A stretch of 64,000 nucleotides of DNA from an uncultured Armatimonadetes bacterium (GCA_963717145.1 OY970325.1:1312001-1376000), one strand, 5' to 3'. Counted from the first letter of the stretch, positions 50,987-61,722 are shown. The notes: a model not told the origin generated them from the sequence alone. Program-made: numbers and translations.

Positions 50987-51277
50987 GGGTTAGCTCTGAA
51001 GCTCTCTTTCGATGGAAGTTTTCGTTCGCTACAGGTTTCCACGATCCGAGCCGTCTTTCCTGCGGAAACGTACCTTGCGGAATCTGGGCTGAAGGTATAC
51101 TATGATCGCATGGTGGGTATGATTGCCATGACTTGCTAGCTATGTGGAGAATCGACCATGAGCTTTGGGGGCGACGGTGGTATTGTCTTGACGACTGGTT
51201 GCTCATCTAGGCATCCGGATTCGGAGCCACATGGTCGGTGACAACCGGCCTCAGAAGTGGTTAGCGGCGGCCCAACG

Positions 51278-51756
51278 TCACTTGAACAGCCTGTCAACTA
51301 GGCTACGCGCACGGTTGCGCTCCTGTTGGTTACGCATCTCTTCTTCTGCTTGTTTTGCCTTCTGACGCTCTTTCTCTTCCTTGGCTCGGCGGTCTCTGTA
51401 CTGCTTGACCAGACGAGTGATCTCTCTGTCGTTTGACGCTACAAGAGTCGCGCAGAACTCAGCTAGTACGGAAAACCCGTCGCTTTCTACCCAACGGCTA
51501 TGGCCATCGTAATCCGAGTCATATGTTCCACAGGCATGATGGATGTGCTTCCCATCCATCTCAAGATCGTAATAGGCGGTACCGTTGTCGGAGGCGAAGT
51601 GGCTAAGCCTAAAGTGATGACCCTCGCCTGGACAGAGAAGGTAACAGTGCCAGCGCCTACGTGGGGGGCGTCCACCTCCATGCTTTCAACACGCCATCCA
51701 GACTGGATACGAGAAAGGATCTCCGCGAGAACTGCCTTATCTTTGATGTAGTCCAC
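51278..51756 (-). CDS. Hypothetical protein with charged coiled-coil C-terminus; probably one gene split by a frameshift near 51630
   Basis: ORFs 51487..51756 and 51278..51559 overlap; the second frame is open upstream as GEGHHFRLSHFASDNGTAYYDLEMDGKH. Confidence 0.45.
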
Positions 51757-52009
51757 CGTTTTTGTCCTTCACGGCACGCTCTAGCTAATATCGGCGATTT
51801 CTCTTGCACCCCGGGATTGGCTTCGCAAGATTCGATACAATCATCGCGAGACACGCGTGCTCTTACTTATTGTATGGTGATGCAGCGAAGCCGGTCAAGT
51901 CCCAACTTGGTAAGACACTTTGCCCCGATGGATCCTTCGCGCCATCTCGAGGACGTGTACGTTGCCAACACGTCCCATCCGGGAAGTATGAGCCGAAAAC
52001 CAGGAAATG

Positions 52010-52039
52010 TTGACACTCGGGTTTGGGGACTGGTATCAT
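52010..52039 (+). promoter_or_regulatory. Sigma70 promoter of the ileS leader
   Basis: TTGACA-18 bp-TATCAT with extended TG. Confidence 0.75.
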
Positions 52040-52062
52040 AGGAATAGTTATTCTCGATGGGC

Positions 52063-52467
52063 AGAGGCGATGACGAGGAAGAGTACCCGCCCGGCGCAGG
52101 CCGGGAAATCCGAAACTCGAAACACGAAATTCGAATTGCGGACTTTGCGGTCAGGTTACAGAGAACCGGGTAAGCTGAGAACCGGGGCCGAGTCGCGTGG
52201 GGAATATCACCTCCGAGCCGGAGCGGCGAAAGGGAAGTCATCAGTTATCGGTAATCAGTTATCAGTAAGACCGAGACCGATCACTGATCACTGATTACCG
52301 ATCACCGAGTAGTTGCTCCCGGGCGGTTCCCGTTACAGAACCGAGGTATGCGGATCGTCCAAGTACCTGCGAAGGTCCGGGCTGTGAAGCGCGGGCGAAT
52401 CGGGGTGGTACCACGAAGGCTTATGAGCCTCTCGTCCCTGCTGTGGGGATGAGAGGCTTTTGTTTTG
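52063..52467 (+). promoter_or_regulatory. T-box riboswitch (Ile, specifier AUC)
   Basis: GCGATGA..AGGAAGAGTA stem I base; AGAGA/GCTGA distal motifs; specifier ATC at 52206-52208; T-box AATCGGGGTGGTACCACG at 52398-52415; terminator agcctctcgtccc/ggggatgagaggct + U-tract. Confidence 0.92.
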
Positions 52468-52471
52468 GGGA

Positions 52472-52534
52472 GGTTATGGATTCTGGGTTTTGGGTTATGG
52501 GGAACCCCGAAACCCAAAACCTACAACCCATAAC
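52472..52534. repeat. Inverted heptamer hairpin, TGGGTT(A/T) family
   Basis: ggttat-ggattct-gggtttt-gggttat-gggg / ccccga-aacccaa-aacctac-aacccat-aac, between the T-box terminator and the ileS RBS. Confidence 0.85.
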
Positions 52535-52553
52535 AATTCTGTGGAGGTATCGC

Positions 52554-55500
52554 ATGTTCAAAGAGGTCAAGAGCGGGTTGAGCTTCCCTGAGATGGAGCA
52601 TCGATGTGCTCGAGTTCTGGGAGGAAGGACACATATTCGACAAGCTGCGGGAGAAGAACGCCGGCCATAAGCACTGGTCGTTCATCGACGGGCCGATCAC
52701 GGCGAACAACCCGATGGGCGTTCATCACGCATGGGGCCGCACCTACAAGGACATCTTCCAGCGCTTCAAGGCGATGCAGGGGTTCGAGCAGCGATACCAG
52801 AACGGCTTCGACTGCCAGGGCCTGTGGGTGGAGGTCGAGGTCGAGAAGGAACTCGGGCTCAACTCGAAGCGGGAGATCGTCGAGTACGGGCTGGACAAGT
52901 TCGCCAAGGCATGCCGCGCTCGCGTCGAGAAGTATTCCGCCATCCAGGCCGAGCAGTCGAAGCGGCTCGGGCAGTGGATGGACTGGGACCACTCCTACTA
53001 CACGATGGATGACACCAACATCGAGCACATCTGGCATTTCCTCAAGAAGTGCCACGAGAACGGATGGCTCTACAAGGGCCAGCGCGCGATGCCGTGGTGC
53101 GCCCGATGCGGAACGTCGCTCTCCCAGCACGAGCTGATCGATTCCTACCGCGACATGACGCACACATCGGTCTTCCTCAAGCTGCCGATCAAGGAGCGCG
53201 AGGGCGAGTACATGCTGGTCTGGACGACCACTCCCTGGACTCTGACCGCGAACGTCGCACTGGCGGTCCATCCGGATCTCGACTACGCGAAGGTGAAGCA
53301 GGCCGACGGCATCCTGTATCTCTCCGCCGGAACGGTCTCGCAGGCTCGACGGCGAGTACGAAGTGCTCGGTACGGTCAAGGGCAGCGAACTCGTCGGCCT
53401 CCACTACCAGGGCCCGTTCTTCGATCTGCCCGCTCAGCAGGGGATCGATACCGCAGGTCGTCGCGTGGGACGACGTCGGTGAGGAGGAAGGCGTCGGCGT
53501 CGTCCACATCGCTCCCGGATGCGGCGCGGAGGACTACGAGCTGTCTCAGAAGCTCGGCCTGCCGGTGCTCGTTCCGATCGACGAGAACGGCTACTACTAC
53601 CCGGGATTACGGCTGGCTCGCGGAGCAAGTCGGTCGGCGAAGTCGCGCGGATGATCTTCGAGGATCTCGAGAAGAAGGGCATTCTCTACAAGACTGAGGA
53701 GTACGAGCACCGCTATCCGGTCTGCTGGAGATGCCAGGACGAACTCGTGTTCCGCCTGGTGGACGAGTGGTTCATCGCCTGCGATCACATCCGCGAGCCG
53801 ATGACGGCGAGGCGCGGAAGGTGCGCTGGGTGCCGGATTACGCGGGCAAGCGCATGGAGGACTGGCTCAACAATATGGGCGACTGGTGCATCTCCCGGAA
53901 GCGGTTCTGGGGACTGCCGCTGCCGTTCTTCAAGTGCGAGTGCGGAGAGATGACGTTCATCGGCTCGCAGAAGGAGCTTGAGGAGATGGCGGTCATCGGG
54001 CATGGAAGGACTGAAGGAACTCCATCGTCCGTGGATCGACGATGTGAAGATCAAGTGCCCGAAGTGCGGCGGCACGGCGGAGCGGATCCCCGAGGTCGGC
54101 GACTGCTGGCTCGACGCGGGAATCGTCCCCTTCTCCACACTCGGTTACCTGAACGAGGACAGGTCCTACTGGGAGAAGTGGTTCCCGGCGGAGTTCGTCG
54201 TCGAGATGCGGGAGCAGATCCGCCTGTGGTTCTACTCCATGCTCTTCATGAGCGTGACCCTGGACGGGACGAGTCGCCCTACAAGTCGGCGCTCGTCTAC
54301 GAGAAGGTCCACGACGAGCAGGGCCGACCGATGCACAAGAGCCACGGCAACGCGATCTGGTTCGACGAGGCGGTCGAGAAGATGGGCGCGGACGTCATGC
54401 GCTGGATCTACGCCGGCTCGAACATCCAGACAAATCTGAACTTCGGCTATCAGCAAGGGCGATGAGGTCGTGCGCAAGCCTGCTCACTCTCTGGAACGTT
54501 TACTCGTTCTTCGTGACCTACGCTGTGGTCGATGAGTGGAAACCTGATGGGACGCATGGGACTGATGGGACCGATGGGTCGGAGCTGGATCGGTGGATCC
54601 TGTCGCGGCTGCAATGCCCTGGTGAAAGCGACCACCGACTCGCTGGAGGAGTACGACGCAGCCGAGGTCACCCGCTCGATCGACACATTCGTGGACGATC
54701 TCTCGAACTGGTACGTCCGCCTGAGCCGCCGACGGTTCTGGAAGAGCGAGTCCGACGAGGACAAGCAGTCGGCCTACTCGACGCTCTATGAGGTGCTCGT
54801 CACGCTGACCAAGCTGCTTGCGCCGATCATGCCGTTCATGGCCGAGGAGATGTACCGCAACCTGGTGCGTCTCGGTCGACCCGAATGCGCCGGAGAGCGT
54901 CCACCTCTGCGACTGGCCGGCCGCCGATGAGTCGCTGATCGACACACGGCTGATCGAGGAAACCGACGCCGTGATGAAGGTCGTCCGGCTCGGACGGTCG
55001 GCCCGGAACGCATCGGGGATGAAGGTCCGCCAGCCGCTTGCCAAGGTGACGGTCAAGCCGTCGAGCAAGAGCGAGAGCGAAGCCGTGGTGCGCAATGAAC
55101 GACTGATCCTCGACGAGTTGAACATCAAGGGTCTGGTGTTGACCGAGGACGCGACCGGCCTGGTCGGCTACACCATCAAGCCGAACCTGCGCACCCTCGG
55201 CCCGAAGCACGGAAAGATCCTCCCAAAGATCACAATTGCGCTGGCCGAGGCGGACGGCTCAGTGATCGCGGCCAGGGTCGCCGCCGGTGAACCGTTCGAT
55301 CTGGTGGTCGCCGGGGAAACGTTGGCCCTCGACTCGAACGATGTGATCGTCGAGACGACCGCGCCGGAGAACCTCTCCTGCGCCGAGGAGTCCGCCACTG
55401 TCGTCGCAATCGACACGCAACTGACCGACGAGCTGATCCAGGAGGGCATGGTCCGCGACCTGGTGCGCCAGATCCAGAACATGCGGAAGGATTCGGAGTT

Positions 55501-55684
55501 CAACGTCGACGACCGCATCACCATCGAGTACTCCGCGACCGGCAACCTGTCGGAGGCAATCGAGGCCTGGTCGGACTACATCCGACAGGAGACGCTTGCG
55601 AATTCCCTCACGCCCGGGGACGACTCGCTCGCGAAGGTGAAGATCGCCGGCGAGGAGATCGGGCTGAGTCTCGCGAAGGCGTAG
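52554..55684 (+). CDS. ileS: Isoleucine--tRNA ligase (type 2, GVHH signature); roughly ten frameshifts, probably consensus errors
   Basis: [72 protein letters not shown] recovered across frames; Ile T-box upstream. Confidence 0.92.
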
Positions 55685-55839
55685 ACTCGCTGCTTCGAGA
55701 TCAGGTCCCGGGTGTGCCGGCTCACTGGTATGCCCGGGTTCGACCGTCCACCGCTCCCGGTTTCACACAGCCTCCTCCAAGGTAAACTCAATCCGTGTAT
55801 TGCTATACGGAGCGACTACCTACAGAGGAGGATTTCCAC

Positions 55840-56679
55840 ATGTCCAGTTTCATGCGCGCTGCAGCGGCCCTTGTCGTCCTGCTGCTTATCGTGGTGCTGA
55901 TCGGCTGTGGGAGCGGCATCAACCGAAACAATGGTCTGATTGCATTCCAATCAGGGGCGAGCCCGGACATTTACGTCGTGAATGACGATGGAAGCGACCA
56001 GCATCTCATTATCGCCGATGGAAAAGAGCCCGCACTGAACCCCGGGAGGGCGGAAGTGGCCTTCGCTCGCGGCGGCAACATCTACAGCGTTGCTCTCAAC
56101 GGATCCGGGCTAACCAACATCACCAACCACGGTCTGGGAGTAAATGCGTCGAATCCGGCGTTCAACCATCTGGGTACCCGGATCGCGTATGTCTTGTCTC
56201 CAACGGTGCCCAACGCGATACGTACTATTTTCGTGATGGATGCTGACGGCGACAATGACAACTCCCTCACGCCGGGCGATGATCCGACGTTCAGTCCGGA
56301 TGACAGCCAGATCATCTTCGTGAATCAGCCTGATCTCTACAGGATCGACGCTGACGGTTCCGACTTGACTCGGCTCACCAACCATGCCCCCGGCGAACTG
56401 GTCAATGATCCATCGTTCAGCCCATCTGGTGACCGGATAGTCTTCGAGTTTGCCGCGTCCGGTATGTCGACGCCGAGCCTGCATTCGATCGAGATCGCAG
56501 GACTTGCCGAATCGGTCTTCCTGGACGACGCCGCTCAGCCGTCGTTCAGGCCACTCGGAAACCTGGTTGCTTTTGTGCGAGGTGGGGCGGTCTTCAGCGC
56601 CAATGTCGATGGCTCGGGGCCAAAGCAGCTTAGCGCGGGACATGATGACGCCGAGCCTGATTGGTCTATGAAGCACTAG
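55840..56679 (+). CDS. TolB-like beta-propeller (PD40 repeat) lipoprotein
   Basis: Lipobox LIGC; repeated P(A/T/S)F(S/N)PxG/D..I(A/V/I)F units. Confidence 0.85.
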   Translation: MSSFMRAAAALVVLLLIVVLIGCGSGINRNNGLIAFQSGASPDIYVVNDDGSDQHLIIADGKEPALNPGRAEVAFARGGNIYSVALNGSGLTNITNHGLGVNASNPAFNHLGTRIAYVLSPTVPNAIRTIFVMDADGDNDNSLTPGDDPTFSPDDSQIIFVNQPDLYRIDADGSDLTRLTNHAPGELVNDPSFSPSGDRIVFEFAASGMSTPSLHSIEIAGLAESVFLDDAAQPSFRPLGNLVAFVRGGAVFSANVDGSGPKQLSAGHDDAEPDWSMKH

Positions 56680-56839
56680 CTCCCGCCGCATCATGTATGT
56701 AGCCGCACCAGGCCACAAACAACCGACCTGGTGCATGATTGGTGTTTGCAGCTTCGCAAGCGGAGGAGATAATAGTGGAACCTTAAGCCGTTTCCATACG
56801 TCAAAATCGGTACCGCAGGAAGAAAGGCAGGTTTCACGG

Positions 56840-57472
56840 ATGAACAAATTCTATCGAACCCTTGCGATCTCCGGCATGCTCGTCGTCTTCTCCTTCTCCA
56901 TCGCAGCCCCAACCTTTGCGGGCACGGAGGGAAGGCGGAACACGGCGGTTGCCCTTACCGCAGCCACCGCCTACAGCTTTCTACAGAAGAACGACAGGGC
57001 GGCCCTGCTCGGCGGACTGGCGTCGGCTCAGGCGTGGAAAAGCTATGAGGATTCCCGCAAGCGTGACAGCCGGCAGAAGAGCAGCAGTTACTCGCGCGCA
57101 TCTTACGCAAACTACTCTCGCCCTGCAAACTCCAGGTCAAGCACGTATGCACGGCCCGCGGTCTATCGGACTACATCGTCGTCTGCATCGAGCACAGGAA
57201 CTGCCCAGTTGAAGGCTAAGCTCCAGAAGCTCGAGGCGCAGAATGCCGAGTTGAGACGCGAGGCGGAGATCAACCGGCTGAAGGCGGAGAACGTCGCACT
57301 GGCGAACGAACTCGCACAGCAGAGAGGCACCCTGGTCAATCAGAGCGCTGAGATCGCCGACACCCGCTCCAGCATGTCGACGTTTCACACGGCCATCACG
57401 GCGGTGGTCATACTGCTGGCCATCGGTCTCATGTTCGGGGTCAGCAAGCTGTCGAGGATCCGCAGTAACTGA
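56840..57472 (+). CDS. Hypothetical exported protein with Ser/Arg-rich linker, coiled coil and C-terminal TM helix
   Basis: Signal peptide, LKAKLQKLEAQNAELRRE, hydrophobic C-terminus; followed by a terminator. Confidence 0.7.
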   Translation: MNKFYRTLAISGMLVVFSFSIAAPTFAGTEGRRNTAVALTAATAYSFLQKNDRAALLGGLASAQAWKSYEDSRKRDSRQKSSSYSRASYANYSRPANSRSSTYARPAVYRTTSSSASSTGTAQLKAKLQKLEAQNAELRREAEINRLKAENVALANELAQQRGTLVNQSAEIADTRSSMSTFHTAITAVVILLAIGLMFGVSKLSRIRSN

Positions 57473-57484
57473 ATAACGTATTTC

Positions 57485-57521
57485 AGAAAGGGGGTCTGTC
57501 CGATGACAGACCCTCTTTTTT
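57485..57521 (+). terminator. Intrinsic terminator
   Basis: aaagggggtctgtc-cgat-gacagaccctcttttttg. Confidence 0.85.
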
Positions 57522-57575
57522 GTAAGAGGTTCTGGCCGGCGGTGTGTCGTATGGATATGTGACACGGAGGCAGAC

Positions 57576-59615
57576 GTGAATTCCATGCGAATGATGCTCT
57601 TGATGCTCATCCTGACATGCGGAATGGAGGCCGGAATGGAGACACTCAAGGTCGGTGCAGTACAGGACCGGCGCTTCGATGAGGTGCGTCATCTCGATAT
57701 GACTTACAGCTGCAAGGCTCCGACGACCGTCGAGGCGTGGAAGCAGCGGGCGGAGCACCTGCGGGCGCAGATACTCACCGGCGCGGGCCTGATGCCGATG
57801 CCCGAGAAGACGCCGCTCAACGCAAGGGTCTTCGGCCGGATCGAGCACCAGGACTACGCCGTCGAGAAGGTCTACTTCGAGAGCTTCCCCGGCTTCTACG
57901 TCACCGGCAACCTCTACCGTCCCAAGGGCAAGGGGCCGTTCCCCGCTATCCTCAACGCGCACGGACATTGGGCCAGCGGCCGGTTGGAGGACACGGATCG
58001 GAGTTCGATCCCCGGACGGTGCATCACCTTCGCCAGGCAGGGCTACGTCGCCTTCTCCATCGACATGATCGGCTACAACGACTCCTCACAGCTCAAGCAC
58101 CGCGAGGATCTGATCGGCGAACGGTTCCGCCTGTGGGGGATCGGCATGGGCGGGCTGCAGCTCTGGAACAGCATCAGGGCGGTCGATTTCCTGCTCGGCC
58201 TGCCCGATGTCGATCCCGATCGGATCGGCATGACCGGCGCATCCGGCGGCGGGACGCAGACGTTCCTGCTCACAGCGGTCGATGATCGAGTGAAGTACGC
58301 CGCGCCGGTGAACATGATTTCGAGCACGATGCAGGGCGGGTGCGTCTGCGAGAACCCGCCGCTGATCAGGGTCGACACGAACAACATGGAGATCGGGGCG
58401 ATGGCCGCTCCCCGCCCGTTGATGATGATCTCGGCAACCGGCGACTGGACGAAGCTGACGCCGGAGGTCGAGTTCCCGGCGGTGAAAAGCGTCTACGATC
58501 TGCTCGGGGCATCGGAGAAGGTCGCCTGCGTGCGGATCGATGCCGAGCACAACTACAACAAGGACAGCCGGGAAGCCGTCTACGCCTGGTTTGGCAAGTG
58601 GATTCTCGGCAACCCCGACGCCAACGCGTTCAAGGAGCAGCCGTTCCAGGCGGACAAGCCGGAGGATGTCCTCGTCTTCGGCAAGTATCCGCATCCCTTG
58701 AATGCCCTCGATGCGGACGGGATCGTCCGGAGCCGGATCGAGGCGTCGGAGAGGCAGGTTGCATCGAAGAAGCTACACGACGCCGAATCGCTCGCGGCCT
58801 TCAGGAAAACGTATGCCGATGCGCTTCGTCACGCTCTGGCGGTCGAGACGCCGACTGTCGGGGATGTCGTCTCCGAGAACCGCGGCACTTCGCTCGGTGA
58901 TGGAGTGGAGGCGACGAAGTTCGTGATCGGACGGAAGGCCAAGGGGGATACAATCCCTGCTCTGTACCTGAGGGCCGAGGGAAAAGTCGAGCAGGACGTA
59001 ATCGTAGTCGTTCACTCCGGGGGGAAGGCTGCGCTCTTTGAGAATGACAAGCCGACATCCCTCGTCCGCGGTCTGCTCGACAAAGGTCATGCCATGCTTG
59101 CCATAGACTGCTTCGGGATCGGGGAGCATTCCGCTCCACCCGAAGCCGCCGATCGGACGAAGCGGTACGGGTTCTTCGATACCTACAACCGGACGGACAC
59201 CATGGAACGGGTACAGGACATCCTCACCGCCGTTGCCTTCATGAGACTACCGTCGCCAGTCAGCCTGATGGGCATCAGCCTGATGGGGATTGGGGACGGC
59301 GGACTGTGGTGCCTGCTCGCCCTGCCGTTTGCGCCAAAGATCGAATCGGCAGTTGTGGACGTCGCCGGGTTCGACACGTCGAGCGACGAGGAGTTCATCG
59401 AGCGGCTGTATACCCCTTCCCTACGGAGAGTCGGTGATCTGCGAACCGCCGGGGCGCTCGTTGCGCCGAGACGGCTCGTGATCCACAACACGGGCGGGCG
59501 CTTCGAGACCGAGTTCATCCGCGATGCGTACAAGGCTTCCGGGCATCCCGAGTCACTGGCGGTGAGACGCATGCCGGCGTCGGATCTGGCGATCATCGAG
59601 TGGCTGCGGCGGTAG
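57576..59615 (+). CDS. Acetylxylan esterase-like protein with two alpha/beta-hydrolase domains
   Basis: VTGNLYRP, HGHW, nucleophile elbow GMTGASGGGTQT, GGCVCEN. Confidence 0.85.
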   Translation: MNSMRMMLLMLILTCGMEAGMETLKVGAVQDRRFDEVRHLDMTYSCKAPTTVEAWKQRAEHLRAQILTGAGLMPMPEKTPLNARVFGRIEHQDYAVEKVYFESFPGFYVTGNLYRPKGKGPFPAILNAHGHWASGRLEDTDRSSIPGRCITFARQGYVAFSIDMIGYNDSSQLKHREDLIGERFRLWGIGMGGLQLWNSIRAVDFLLGLPDVDPDRIGMTGASGGGTQTFLLTAVDDRVKYAAPVNMISSTMQGGCVCENPPLIRVDTNNMEIGAMAAPRPLMMISATGDWTKLTPEVEFPAVKSVYDLLGASEKVACVRIDAEHNYNKDSREAVYAWFGKWILGNPDANAFKEQPFQADKPEDVLVFGKYPHPLNALDADGIVRSRIEASERQVASKKLHDAESLAAFRKTYADALRHALAVETPTVGDVVSENRGTSLGDGVEATKFVIGRKAKGDTIPALYLRAEGKVEQDVIVVVHSGGKAALFENDKPTSLVRGLLDKGHAMLAIDCFGIGEHSAPPEAADRTKRYGFFDTYNRTDTMERVQDILTAVAFMRLPSPVSLMGISLMGIGDGGLWCLLALPFAPKIESAVVDVAGFDTSSDEEFIERLYTPSLRRVGDLRTAGALVAPRRLVIHNTGGRFETEFIRDAYKASGHPESLAVRRMPASDLAIIEWLRR

Positions 59616-60762
59616 CTCAACCGGCGGCCAGAGCTCCTCCATCGTGACGATGCCGCCCTTATCGACGGCAGCACGAACCAGCAGCCCGGTGAGCACCGAC
59701 TCATAGGCCGTGCGCGGTCCGCTGATCGTCTGGCCGCCGGACTTGATGCACCTGAAAAAATCGGACAGCAACTCCCGTGTGTTGTTCGCAGTCGTCCCGA
59801 CCTCTTTCACCGTCGGCGTGACCTTCGGGTCGTCCTTCATCTTGTAGGTGAACTTGCCGAGGCCCAACTCGCAGCCACCCTTGGGACCTGCCACCCGCTC
59901 GTAGGTGCCCCTGAACGCGTCGGTGTTCGGGCAGATCCATGAATGGTGGAACATCAGCGTGAACCCGTTCTCCCACTCGATGGTCGAAGTGTAGTAATCC
60001 GTCACATCGCGGTTCGGCTCGACGAAGATGTCCTTCCGACCCTTCCCGAACGCTCGGACCGGCCTCGATCCGAGCAGCCAGCAGTAGACGTCCCACGTAT
60101 GAATCGCCTGCTCGAGCATCCAGTCGCCGGAGTACTTCCTCTGCGCGAACCAGCCCCGCAGGCGCCGACGCGTTGTCCCATGCCGCCCGTCCTTCGACGA
60201 GCGGACCCACTTCCCCGGCCTGGAGGAGCTTGATCGACTCTATGTACCGCGGATCGGTTCGGCGCTGGCAGCCGATCTGGGCGACGAGCTTGGGGTTCTG
60301 ATGCTGCGCCTGCAGGATGGTCTTCCCTTCCTTGATACTGATGCTCATTGGCTTCTCGCCATAGAAGTTCTTGCCGGCGCCGTAGCAATCGTTGTACATC
60401 GCGCCATGCCAGTAACACGGCGTGGCGATCACGACCGCATCGAGGTCTTTGCAGGCGAGGAGGTTGCGGTAATCCCGGTCATCCTTCCCATAGGTCTCAG
60501 GCTTCCGCTTCTGGGCCTTCTCGACTGCGGCGACGGCCTTGTTGAGGTTGTCAGGAGCGACATCGCAGATCGCGAGGATGTCGACACTCCCGAGCGCCAG
60601 AAGCTCGTTTAGCAGCACCGTGCCCCTGTTGCCGACTCCGATGCATCCGACGCGCATTCGATCGGTCTGCCCGAACCCCGGGCCGCCGATCGCGACCTGT
60701 CCGAGCCCGACCGCTGCGCTTATCTTGAGGAAATCACGCCTCGTGTATGTCTTATCCTGCAC
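59553..60762 (-). CDS. Tat-exported Gfo/Idh/MocA oxidoreductase; frameshift near 60160, 3' end uncertain (about 59617)
   Basis: TRRDFLK Tat motif, GCIGVGNRG, YGEKP; SGDWMLEQAIH continues in another frame. Confidence 0.82.
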
Positions 60763-60841
60763 GGGTACTACCTCCGGGGCGGAAACAAACTCCGCCCTCA
60801 ATGGAGTTATACGCCCCCGCGGGCCGTAGTACCTCTGCACT

Positions 60842-60925
60842 CGCCCTGTCATTCCGAACGCAGTGAAGAATCTAGCACTCTGCGTCAAGCCGGATTCTTC
60901 ACTGCGTTCAGAATGACAGGGCGAG
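60842..60925. repeat. REP-like palindrome, TGTCATTC family
   Basis: gccctgtcattccgaacgcagtgaagaatc / gattcttcactgcgttcagaatgacagggc. Confidence 0.85.
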
Positions 60926-60929
60926 TAGC

Positions 60930-61571
60930 TTATGTCAGGTACTTCGCAAACCAGTCGCGGGCGAGGCGCGCGACCTCCTCCAGCGTGCCCGGCTCCTCGA
61001 AGAGATGCGTCGCTCCGGGAACGATCTTCATCTCCTTGATGCCGGAGAGATGTTCCATCGCCTCCTGGTTCATCGAGATCACCGGCCAGTCGTTACCGCC
61101 GACGATCAACAGTGTCGGCGCGGTGACTTCGGGTAGGTATGGGATGGCCAGATCGGGACGCCCGCCACGCGAGACGACCGCCTTGATCTCGTCGCCGGAC
61201 TCCGAGGCCGCCTGGAGTGCCGCCGCCGCGCCCGTGCTCGCGCCGAAGTACCCGATTGTCACATCCTTAGTCTCCTCATTCGACGCAACCCATGCAGTCG
61301 CGCCCACGAGACGCTCGGCAAGAAGGTCGATATCGAACACCTTCCGCCGATCGTCCGATTCCCATTCCTCGAGTAGATCCAGCAGGAGCGTCGCCTGCCC
61401 GCCCTGCTGCAGGACCTCCGCCACAAAGCGGTTCCGGGGGCTGAACCGGCTGCTCCCACTCCCGTGCGCGAATATGACGATCCCCTGAGCGCCCGGCGGG
61501 ATCCTCAGATCACCCTCGAGGTGCACGTCTCCGGCCTGGATGCTGACGGGGCGTTCCATCACTGTGCCCAT
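60930..61571 (-). CDS. Dienelactone hydrolase family protein
   Basis: FAHGSGSSRFSPRN, GYFGASTGA, VSRGGRPDLA, GATHLFEE. Confidence 0.9.
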   Translation of the reverse strand: MGTVMERPVSIQAGDVHLEGDLRIPPGAQGIVIFAHGSGSSRFSPRNRFVAEVLQQGGQATLLLDLLEEWESDDRRKVFDIDLLAERLVGATAWVASNEETKDVTIGYFGASTGAAAALQAASESGDEIKAVVSRGGRPDLAIPYLPEVTAPTLLIVGGNDWPVISMNQEAMEHLSGIKEMKIVPGATHLFEEPGTLEEVARLARDWFAKYLT

Positions 61572-61722
61572 GATTGACCTCCTGTTAACGGATCGGACCG
61601 ATTCCTGCTATCAAGGTTTCGTTCCCGCAGGGGACGCAGCGCAAAACATCGGCGTGCGGCTGCCTTCCTGCACACAGAGGGCCGGATAAGTGGTATCATA
61701 TGCGCGACGGAGGGGACAAGAG

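Noticed and set aside
51259-51300. Integron attC site (GTTAGCG ... GCCCAAC)
   Set aside because: The core and inverse-core motifs are in the wrong order and spacing for an attC hairpin, and there is no integrase or second cassette.
59259-59293. 15-bp duplication (SLMGI x2) in the esterase as another repeat insertion
   Set aside because: Only two units, no inverted partner and no other copy seen; local duplication suffices.
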